This document shows positions 17,196 to 24,408 of a stretch of 32,000 bases of DNA, piece after piece. A program made the translations under genes and the position numbers. The notes beneath the pieces are model-generated. The model was not told the DNA's origin. It did no database searches and was given only the letters and a program-made list of their open reading frames with translations. Each line of letters opens with the position of its first letter. Within the stretch, counting starts at the first letter, position 1. The DNA comes from Gammaproteobacteria bacterium (GTDB lineage Bacteria > Pseudomonadota > Gammaproteobacteria > G965277405): assembly GCA_965277405.1 (NCBI GenBank), contig OZ255726.1, positions 1,129,123-1,161,122 on the forward strand. Reading direction: 5' to 3'.

Positions 17196-19208
17196 ATGGG
17201 CTGTAATATAATGCCTCAAAATATACTGGCAATATTCATTGGCGTAGTGGTAATGCTCTCAGGTCAAGCATGGGCTGTAATTATTGATGTGGAAAATCCA
17301 GCTGTTGACGAGGTGTTTTTTGAAAAAGAAATGGAAAGCAGGCTTTCTCGTGATATTCAAGCATATCTTGGACATGATAGGTTTATTTTAGGTATTGATT
17401 TTAAGCTTTCTTCGTTTGCAGGCTTCGGGAGGCAAGGTAGCGATGCTGGTGATAGCGATGCTGGTGATAGAGTGGTTGTTCGTGAAATAACAACGTCATT
17501 GCCTGGTTTACCTGGTGCAGAAGTAAAATTTCAAAAAGAATTAACGGGTGAAGATATTAATAATTTGCGGGAAAATCTGCGCTTAGATGAAAGCTCGCTG
17601 GGGTCTAGAAGTCCGCTAAGCTCTGTGCTACAGCCAAGCACACAAAGTGCTAATGCGCTTGCAGGAACTGGAACTGAAGTGTTTCTTGTGTTAGATACTA
17701 CGGTGACAACGGCGCAGGAAAACTTTATCCGCGATGTAATGTCTAGAAAGTTGAGTATAGATCTAAACAAAGGTGATAGTATTCAAATCGTTCGATCTAC
17801 TTTTGAACGTGAAAGTAATAGTTCAAATACGAGCAATCAACAGCCTAATCAATTTGGAGAAAATCCTGCGCAGCAACCGCCATTATCTGGAAATCAAGTC
17901 CCCGTTGCAGGTGCAGGCGCACCAACTACTGACTCGGGAAATGTAAGTGATTCAGTAACTGATCCAACTTTGTTGCAAAAAATCAATGAACTTGAACAGG
18001 GGTTGAAGAAAGATTTTATTGAGAAAAATTTAGTTTGGATTTTACTCGGTGGCTTTGGTTTTTTATTGTTTTTTAGTCTGATATTGTTTTTGGCATCACG
18101 CAAACCGGCGCAATCAATGATGCCAGCGTATCCGCCGATGGCGCCGCCGCAAAGTCCTAGAACAGGCGCTAGTAATGCCGAAAAAAATAATGTTGATCAA
18201 ATTGAGATTGAGGGAATGCGTCATCGTGCGGTAGTGGCAGAAACTAAACGTGAGATTGCAGCGATAGGTTTAGCATCGCCCAATATTGTAAAACAAGAAA
18301 TGAACAATCTGTGGGCACAAAACCGCATGGATACGATTGCTGCTGTATATACTGGTCTTGGAAATTCAATTTATGAGTCATTGTTTGGTGGACTGTCTGC
18401 ATCTCAATCTTCAGAAATTAGTGCGTATTTATCAGAACGTGAAATCACATCGACACAATTAGAGGCACAAGTTAAAGATTTTTATTCTCGATCATTACGT
18501 GCTGCGAACGACCCTGATGGTAAGCATAAGTCGCATTCATTTGCATTCTTAAATAAAATGAGAATAGGGTCGCTGCAATTCTTGTTAAAAAATGAAAAAC
18601 CACGGGTCAAAGCCTTGGTTATTTCACAGCTTGAAAATGAAAAGGCAACGACTGTATTAAATAGTTTTGAGGATAAAGATCGAAGTAAAGTTGTTCATGA
18701 ATTAGCTCAATTTGAAGACTTTCCGTATGAGACATTTAATGAAGTTGCGCAATTATTGGTTAGAAAAGCTAAAAAAATTCCTGCTGTTAATAATGTTGGG
18801 GCAAATGGTATAAATATTTTAATTAATTTATTGGATAATATGGATAGCAGTGATGAAAGTCGCTTAATTGAAGAATTGCAAAATATGGATCCTGAGTTAC
18901 ACGATAAGCTTAAAACATTGTATTTTACTTTTAATGATCTAAGTAAAGCGCCGCTGCGTGTTATGGGTGAAGCGCTACTAGAAGTTGATAAAAGCACTAT
19001 CGCTATAGCGTTAATGCAAGCATCTGATGTTATTAGAAAACGTGTTTTAAGCAGTATGCCTAAGCGTGTTTCCCAGACTATTGAGGTTGAAATAAAAGAA
19101 ATACAAGACACTATTAAAAACGAACAGATTCAGTCTGCTCGAAAAGTGTTGTTACGCAGTATGCGTGCTTTAGTACGCAATGGTAAAATTGATATGAGTA
19201 AAATCTAA
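17196..19208 (+). CDS. Membrane-anchored FliG-like protein. Layout: N-terminal signal/TM, ~250-aa periplasmic region, TM helix, Pro-rich linker, then a cytoplasmic FliG middle + C-terminal-like domain
   Basis: N-terminal hydrophobic ILAIFIGVVVMLSGQAWA; TM at residues 279-300 (LVWILLGGFGFLLFFSLILFLA); linker PAYPPMAPPQSP. Residues ~455-670 carry FliG-like blocks: LLKNEKPRVKALVISQL (cf EHPQtiAliLs), GANGINILINLLD (cf GGxxxAAeILN), LYFTFNDL (cf MFvFEDl), and SSMPKRVSQTIEVEIKE...ARKVLLRSMRALVRNGKI (cf nMSkRaaemlkeDle...aqqkIv...RrLeeeGeI). The start could instead be ATG 17211. Confidence 0.8.
   Translation: MGCNIMPQNILAIFIGVVVMLSGQAWAVIIDVENPAVDEVFFEKEMESRLSRDIQAYLGHDRFILGIDFKLSSFAGFGRQGSDAGDSDAGDRVVVREITTSLPGLPGAEVKFQKELTGEDINNLRENLRLDESSLGSRSPLSSVLQPSTQSANALAGTGTEVFLVLDTTVTTAQENFIRDVMSRKLSIDLNKGDSIQIVRSTFERESNSSNTSNQQPNQFGENPAQQPPLSGNQVPVAGAGAPTTDSGNVSDSVTDPTLLQKINELEQGLKKDFIEKNLVWILLGGFGFLLFFSLILFLASRKPAQSMMPAYPPMAPPQSPRTGASNAEKNNVDQIEIEGMRHRAVVAETKREIAAIGLASPNIVKQEMNNLWAQNRMDTIAAVYTGLGNSIYESLFGGLSASQSSEISAYLSEREITSTQLEAQVKDFYSRSLRAANDPDGKHKSHSFAFLNKMRIGSLQFLLKNEKPRVKALVISQLENEKATTVLNSFEDKDRSKVVHELAQFEDFPYETFNEVAQLLVRKAKKIPAVNNVGANGINILINLLDNMDSSDESRLIEELQNMDPELHDKLKTLYFTFNDLSKAPLRVMGEALLEVDKSTIAIALMQASDVIRKRVLSSMPKRVSQTIEVEIKEIQDTIKNEQIQSARKVLLRSMRALVRNGKIDMSKI
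17439..17468 (+). repeat. Perfect 15-bp in-frame tandem duplication inside the FliG-like gene
   Basis: AGCGATGCTGGTGAT x2, encoding SDAGD-SDAGD in the periplasmic region. Confidence 0.9.
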
Positions 19209-19219
19209 GACTATTTTGC

Positions 19220-20011
19220 ATGCCATCCTTCGGAACAATTGGTGGCTTTATAGCAGGGATTGTACTGTTCACAACTGCTGTTAGCCAAGCCACTGATGAT
19301 TATATTATATTCCTAAGCGTCCCCAGCGTACTTTTAGTCGTTGGCGGTACGATTTCCGCAACATTTTTAAGTTTTGAGGTTAGGGATATTTTTAGTGCGT
19401 TTTTTGGTATGTTTTTTTTGTTTTTTAAGAAAAATAATGAGAAAGGTTTTAGAAAAGATATAAAGATGCTATTAGATTTTGCTAAAATACAACGAACAGA
19501 AGGAATGCTGCAAATTGAAATGCAACTTACAAGAACGCAACGTAAAGATGTTTTTATTAGCTTTGCTGTTGATTTACTATTGAGTAATTATCGTCCGGCT
19601 GAGATACGGTCAATGTTAACGGATATGGTATTAGCAAATTTTGATAAAGGTAACCTCAAGGCCTCTGTCATGCGTACAATGGGTGCGTATTCGCCTGCTT
19701 TTGGAATGATAGGTACGTTAATTGGTCTTATTATTATTCTCAGTGGATTCGGTGGAGATATATCACAACTAGGCGCTGGGCTTTCACTGGCGCTTATTTC
19801 CACCTTATATGGCGTTTTATTAGCCAATTTCACGTATTATCCTGCCGCAGAAAAATTCGCTAGAAATACTGATTTGCAACATTTTCGTGAAAAAATTTTA
19901 TTAGAAGGCTTTGTGTTGATTGCTGCAAGAAAAGGAGCGTTGGCTATACAGGATAAATTAAATAGCTTGTTAACGCCTGAATTACGCTACAAAATTAACA
20001 GTAGTCAATAA
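19220..20011 (+). CDS. motA: Flagellar-type stator protein MotA/PomA homologue (MotA/TolQ/ExbB proton-channel family)
   Basis: 263 aa with a 4-TM layout and a long cytoplasmic loop. RTEGMLQIE, AYSPAFGMIGTLIGLI, LGAGLSLALISTLYGVLLANFTYYPAAEKF and the C-terminal EGFVLIAARKGALAIQDKL align by eye with MotA of Bacillus and E. coli rather than ExbB/TolQ. Confidence 0.85.
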   Translation: MPSFGTIGGFIAGIVLFTTAVSQATDDYIIFLSVPSVLLVVGGTISATFLSFEVRDIFSAFFGMFFLFFKKNNEKGFRKDIKMLLDFAKIQRTEGMLQIEMQLTRTQRKDVFISFAVDLLLSNYRPAEIRSMLTDMVLANFDKGNLKASVMRTMGAYSPAFGMIGTLIGLIIILSGFGGDISQLGAGLSLALISTLYGVLLANFTYYPAAEKFARNTDLQHFREKILLEGFVLIAARKGALAIQDKLNSLLTPELRYKINSSQ

Positions 20012-20014
20012 GTC

Positions 20015-20713
20015 ATGGATGTGTATCCAGAAGGGGGGGTAGCTACAAGACTACAATCAAACAGCAGTGGAAAAGATGCTAGGAGGAATGAGCCTTGGCT
20101 GTTAACGTATTCAGACACGATTACTTTGCTTTTTACTTTTGTGCTGATAATTTTAAAAATTTCTTCTATTGATGTGAATAAGGCAGAAGAATTACGTGAA
20201 GGTTTATCTCAAACATTTTTAAAAAAAGATATTTCAACTGCATTTCAATCATTTTCAAAAGAAATTGAGCAAGTAACAAACATTAATCATGATTTACAGG
20301 TTGATATCACCAGTAGATACGTGACTATAGAGTTGACAAACTCAAGTATATACGATGTTGGTAGCGCTGATATTGTGAATAAAGAGATTAAAACTATACA
20401 GTCAGTAGTTGATATTCTAATACAAGACCCATACGCAAGGTATACATTAGAAGTTGAAGGACATACTGATGATGTTCCAATTAAAAACTTGGAGTTTCAG
20501 TCCAATTGGGAACTTTCAACTGCTCGAGCAACAAACATTGTTAGATATTTAGAAGAAAATGGTGTAAGTAGAGAACGGATGAAAGCAATTGGATACGCAG
20601 ATTCTAAACCATTGCCTGAGACCTTGGATATTAATGGCAATATTGTTCCTGAAAAAAGACCGTTAAATCGTAGAATTTCAATCCGTATTTCACGCTATAA
20701 AATTAATGACTAA
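20015..20713 (+). CDS. motB: MotB-like stator protein with OmpA-like peptidoglycan-binding domain
   Basis: EPWLLTYSDTITLLFTFVLIIL is the MotB TM helix, with the conserved Asp at codon 34 (20114-20116). C-terminal LEVEGHTDDVPI...SNWELSTARATNIVRYL...NRRISIRI is the OmpA-like domain. It starts 3 bp after motA. Confidence 0.85.
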   Translation: MDVYPEGGVATRLQSNSSGKDARRNEPWLLTYSDTITLLFTFVLIILKISSIDVNKAEELREGLSQTFLKKDISTAFQSFSKEIEQVTNINHDLQVDITSRYVTIELTNSSIYDVGSADIVNKEIKTIQSVVDILIQDPYARYTLEVEGHTDDVPIKNLEFQSNWELSTARATNIVRYLEENGVSRERMKAIGYADSKPLPETLDINGNIVPEKRPLNRRISIRISRYKIND

Positions 20714-21662
20714 AAGAGTTCATCATCAACAAATACAATCACTACTAAACGCTTTACAAAATAATATTGTTGGACAAAAAAAACTATTAGAAAGATTGAT
20801 CATTGGATTATTATCTGATGGACATATATTAGTTGAAGGCGCGCCAGGGTTAGCAAAATCGCTAACTGTTGCAACATTAGCAAAGCTTATAAACTGTGAT
20901 TTTCAGCGTATTCAATTTACTCCAGATTTACTCCCCAGCGATATTACAGGGAGTGAAATCTACAAGCCGCAAACTCAAGCATTTAGCTACCAAAAAGGGC
21001 CAATATTTAGTAATTTAGTGTTAGCTGATGAAATTAATAGAGCACCAGCAAAGGTTCAATCAGCCCTGCTTGAAGCAATGTCTGAACGCCAAGTAACCAT
21101 CGGCAATACAACGTATACGTTACCAGCTTTATTTCAGGTCATGGCAACTCAAAATCCCATTGAACACGAAGGTACGTTCCAACTGCCAGAAGCACAGCTT
21201 GATAGGTTTATTATGTATGTGGCAATTGATTATCCTTCTATAGATGAAGAGTTAATGATTATGCGACTTAATCAAAAAAAGGCGGTTGAGATCACACCAG
21301 TTATTGACATTACAACTATTTTGCAAGCACGTGAGGAAGTCCGTGAGATGTATATTCACGAAAGATTATTAATGTATATTGCAGAAGTTGTCCATGCTAC
21401 GCGTACCCAAAAAAACAGAACAAGTGGCAATCAAGGCTATATAGAAATAGGTGCAGGACCAAGAGCAAGTATTGCGTTAGCAACACTGTCACGTTCTCTT
21501 GCATATCTAAGAGGTCAAGACGAGGTCACTCCAGATATTATCCAAGAGCTGTGTTATGACGTGCTCGCCCATCGAATCATTTTAAATTTTAGCTCAGAAA
21601 ACACAGTTCAACAAAAATACCAAATAATTGACGAGGTACTGAGTAGCGTGAAAATTGTATAG
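20706..21662 (+). CDS. moxR: MoxR-family AAA+ ATPase
   Basis: Walker A EGAPGLAKS, Walker B plus downstream LADEINRAPAKVQSALLEAMSERQVTIG, then ATQNPIEHEGTFQLPEAQLDRF. Length 318 aa, with an 8-bp overlap with motB. Confidence 0.9.
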   Translation: MTKRVHHQQIQSLLNALQNNIVGQKKLLERLIIGLLSDGHILVEGAPGLAKSLTVATLAKLINCDFQRIQFTPDLLPSDITGSEIYKPQTQAFSYQKGPIFSNLVLADEINRAPAKVQSALLEAMSERQVTIGNTTYTLPALFQVMATQNPIEHEGTFQLPEAQLDRFIMYVAIDYPSIDEELMIMRLNQKKAVEITPVIDITTILQAREEVREMYIHERLLMYIAEVVHATRTQKNRTSGNQGYIEIGAGPRASIALATLSRSLAYLRGQDEVTPDIIQELCYDVLAHRIILNFSSENTVQQKYQIIDEVLSSVKIV

Positions 21663-22460
21663 ATGTTTCAAGTTTTAGAAAAGCTGTCAACAGGGTGGTT
21701 AATAAATTCCGAATATATCCAAGCAGCGTATGCGTATCAGCGCAAGGTCAGTAAAAGTAGGCTACATCATACTTATGGTGCCAGCAGATTAACAAAAAAA
21801 GGAAAAGGTTCTGATTTTGATCATTTAAGGGAGTTCACTAGCAGTGATGATATTCGACATATTGCATGGAAAGCTTCGTTACGATCACAAAAAACATATA
21901 CAAAAGTATTTTCTGATGAGATTGAAGATAAGATAAAAATTTATGTGATGTTGAATGCCGAGTTGTCATTTGCTATAAAAAAAAGATCTGCAGCATTTGC
22001 TTTATATATAGCACTCCACAGCGCTGTAGAAACATGTTATAAAAAAAATATGCAATGTGAAATTTTGCTTATTCATGGCAACAATGTCATCGAGAGAGCC
22101 AAAATACGTATGCAGAAAGAAATTATCAGAACACTTAGTAGCCTTGCTAAGAAAATCAACGCTGCAATGTGTAAGTATAAAACTGGTGATTTATTTAAAA
22201 TGGATGATATAAAGATTACTCCGCATTCAATTGTTCTTACAGGTGCGCGTAATATACAGCATTACGGATTAGATAGCAGCACCCTACTGGGCAGCACACT
22301 ACTGGTAGTAGATGAAGAACCATTGCAACGAATAAGAATTATTGCCCAAACAAATTCTGGTGTGAAACAGGTTAATGTCGGCGCAAATGCCATAGACTGC
22401 GCCATCGTTGCAGATGACACTGTCGAAGATATCTATGCAAAAGTGCAAAGCTGTATATGA
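21663..22460 (+). CDS. DUF58 domain protein (usual MoxR partner)
   Basis: GKGSDFDHLREFTSSDDIRHIAWKASLRSQKTYTKVF matches the DUF58 core (GxGxEF..R.Y..GDd.R.IdWk.tAR). The ATG directly abuts the moxR TAG. Confidence 0.8.
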   Translation: MFQVLEKLSTGWLINSEYIQAAYAYQRKVSKSRLHHTYGASRLTKKGKGSDFDHLREFTSSDDIRHIAWKASLRSQKTYTKVFSDEIEDKIKIYVMLNAELSFAIKKRSAAFALYIALHSAVETCYKKNMQCEILLIHGNNVIERAKIRMQKEIIRTLSSLAKKINAAMCKYKTGDLFKMDDIKITPHSIVLTGARNIQHYGLDSSTLLGSTLLVVDEEPLQRIRIIAQTNSGVKQVNVGANAIDCAIVADDTVEDIYAKVQSCI

Positions 22461-22870
22461 AAGATGTTCATCAACCATATAATTTATATCTTTATTTAAA
22501 TATTACTTGGATTGCTATTGCAATTGTTTTCATGGTATTTCTTATAATAAGTTATATATATTTACAACGATATCTAGCAAATAGAAAAATACAGCAAACT
22601 ATACGTAGGTTGCAAGATATAGAGAGCGATGAGGTTTTTGCATTAAACATTGTGCAAGCCATCAAGCATTCAATGGATGAACATGGGATACAAAGCAATA
22701 TGCTCCATGGCGAACGCTTGTATAAAACCTTGCTTAAACATTACAAATACAAGGCAACCATCACATTAAGAGACTTTTTAATATCAACATACAAAGAACA
22801 AAAAATGATTCAGAGACATTTAGTTCTAAAAGAAATTGAGTTACTAATAAAAAGCAATGTTAGCAATTGA
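22457..22870 (+). CDS. Small single-pass membrane protein, in the position held by DUF4381-type proteins in Bat-like operons
   Basis: TM helix ITWIAIAIVFMVFLIISYIYL followed by a basic stretch. It has 4-bp and 14-bp overlaps with its neighbours. The family assignment is by position only. Confidence 0.55.
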   Translation: MKDVHQPYNLYLYLNITWIAIAIVFMVFLIISYIYLQRYLANRKIQQTIRRLQDIESDEVFALNIVQAIKHSMDEHGIQSNMLHGERLYKTLLKHYKYKATITLRDFLISTYKEQKMIQRHLVLKEIELLIKSNVSN

Positions 22871-23783
22871 TTGGCCGCTATTTTCTATTGTAGTAATTGG
22901 TTGCTATGTATTGTATAAATACCGAAAAACCATCCGCGTTACTAGCATCTGGTATCCATTTGTAATAGATGAGGCAACTAAAAAATCTCACTATCGTTCG
23001 TCCTTTTTATTTGCAGTGTGCTCTATATTGCTGATTGGCGGAGGTATGCGCCTGCAAAAAATAGATGAAACTGTTAGTATTAAGCAGAATTATAGGGACT
23101 TAATACTAGCAATAGACGCATCAGATAGCATGCGAGTACGCGATATGGAAATAAATAATCAGCTTTTTAGCAGATACGACGCTGTAAAATATTATATGGA
23201 TAAGTTTATCGATAAACGTCAAGGTGATCGATTAGGGTTTGTGATATTCGGATCAAAGGCATATATTCAAGCACCATTAACAGCCGATTTATCGGTGATA
23301 AAAACATACCTAGAAGAGTCATATATAGGCATTGCTGGGCCAAAGACGGCAATTGGTGATGCACTTGCCTTAGCAGTCAAACAAAAAGACAAAGATGACA
23401 CGAATCAAGCAATTATTTTAATAACAGACGGCTCAAATACATCAGGAACAATTGATCCATATCAAGCCGTAGCAATTGCAAAAAAAAAGAAGATTAAAAT
23501 ATATACCATAGCTATTGGCAATAGACGATTTTCACGAGACATAGATTTTAGGTTTCTGCAAACCGCTGCAGCATCAACCAACGGCAAGCATTTCTATGCC
23601 AGTAACGCAAATGAATTGGCATCTATTTATGCGCAACTAGATCGACTAGAACAAAATATCGAACAGTCTTCAACGTTTAGCAAGTATTTTGAGTTGTACT
23701 ATTGGTTTGTATTAGCCTTCATTATTGTGTTTATAGTGGGTTATATGTTTACTCCGTCAAGGCGTGTCAGGAAACATATATAA
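22857..23783 (+). CDS. BatA-like membrane protein with von Willebrand factor A domain
   Basis: Two N-terminal TM helices and one C-terminal TM helix. MIDAS motif LILAIDASDSM and AIILITDGSNTSG. Confidence 0.85.
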   Translation: MLAIDWPLFSIVVIGCYVLYKYRKTIRVTSIWYPFVIDEATKKSHYRSSFLFAVCSILLIGGGMRLQKIDETVSIKQNYRDLILAIDASDSMRVRDMEINNQLFSRYDAVKYYMDKFIDKRQGDRLGFVIFGSKAYIQAPLTADLSVIKTYLEESYIGIAGPKTAIGDALALAVKQKDKDDTNQAIILITDGSNTSGTIDPYQAVAIAKKKKIKIYTIAIGNRRFSRDIDFRFLQTAAASTNGKHFYASNANELASIYAQLDRLEQNIEQSSTFSKYFELYYWFVLAFIIVFIVGYMFTPSRRVRKHI

Positions 23784-23814
23784 AACAACTTTAGGCAATT
23801 TAATGCGAATCATA

Positions 23815-24249
23815 ATGGATAATAATCAATTAAAAATTGCTGGATTTAGTTTGATTGAATTGCTGATTGTAATGGTGATTGTTGCTGTACTCAGTGTTGT
23901 CGCCTTGCCAGTATACCAAACGTATGTAGGGCGAGCAAAGTTTACAGAGGTTATTCAAGCTACCGCACCATATAAAATTGCCGCAGAAATTGCATGGCAA
24001 AATACTGCAACGAGTCTAACTGATCTTGATGCTGGATCCCATGGAATTCCAGATGCAACAGGAAGTAATGACCGCGAAATAAAATCTATCACTATGGTCG
24101 CTGGAGTTATTACCGCAACAGCAAATACTGTCGTAGATGAAAACAACGCAGGAGTAACTTACGTACTTCAGGCCCACGATTTTTCAGGTGGAATCATATG
24201 GAAGGTTGATGCTGCCAACAGTAGCTGTAAAAATCTTGGCTATTGTTGA
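23815..24249 (+). CDS. Type IV pilin (prepilin with N-terminal methylation motif)
   Basis: Leader MDNNQLKIAG, then the cleavage/methylation motif G|FSLIELLIVMVIVAVLS. The C-terminus is CKNLGYC (Cys pair). Starts at GTG 23764 or ATG 23803 would give atypically long leaders. Confidence 0.85.
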   Translation: MDNNQLKIAGFSLIELLIVMVIVAVLSVVALPVYQTYVGRAKFTEVIQATAPYKIAAEIAWQNTATSLTDLDAGSHGIPDATGSNDREIKSITMVAGVITATANTVVDENNAGVTYVLQAHDFSGGIIWKVDAANSSCKNLGYC

Positions 24250-24408
24250 AAATGATGTTGTAAAGTTTTGTGTTTATAGCTGAAGAAGGCGTAGACTAAT
24301 AAAACTATTGCAAAAACAGCTTCCTATCTCGACAGCTTGTAGTTAGCTCCTTGAAATTTATGTAATAGCATAAACATACAAAACACTTCTATTTACAAAA
24401 TCAAAGAA

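Noticed and set aside
19220-20713. Interpreting the MotA/MotB pair as a Zorya-type (ZorA/ZorB) anti-phage system
   Set aside because: As I recall, ZorA is much longer (~700 aa, with a long C-terminal tail) and is accompanied by ZorC/ZorD or ZorE. Here MotA is a standard 263-aa, 4-TM stator subunit, no Zor partner-like genes follow, and a FliG-like partner is present instead.
19220-20713. Interpreting the pair as ExbB/ExbD or TolQ/TolR
   Set aside because: The second protein has a MotB-type TM helix plus an OmpA-like PG-binding domain, which ExbD and TolR lack. The first aligns along its length with MotA, including the large cytoplasmic loop and the C-terminal helix block. No tonB, tolA, tolB or pal genes are adjacent.
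23764-23814. GTG 23764 as the pilin start
   Set aside because: It would give a 27-residue leader before the G|F cleavage site and overlap the VWA gene. Type IV prepilin leaders are short, so ATG 23815 (10-residue leader) is preferred.
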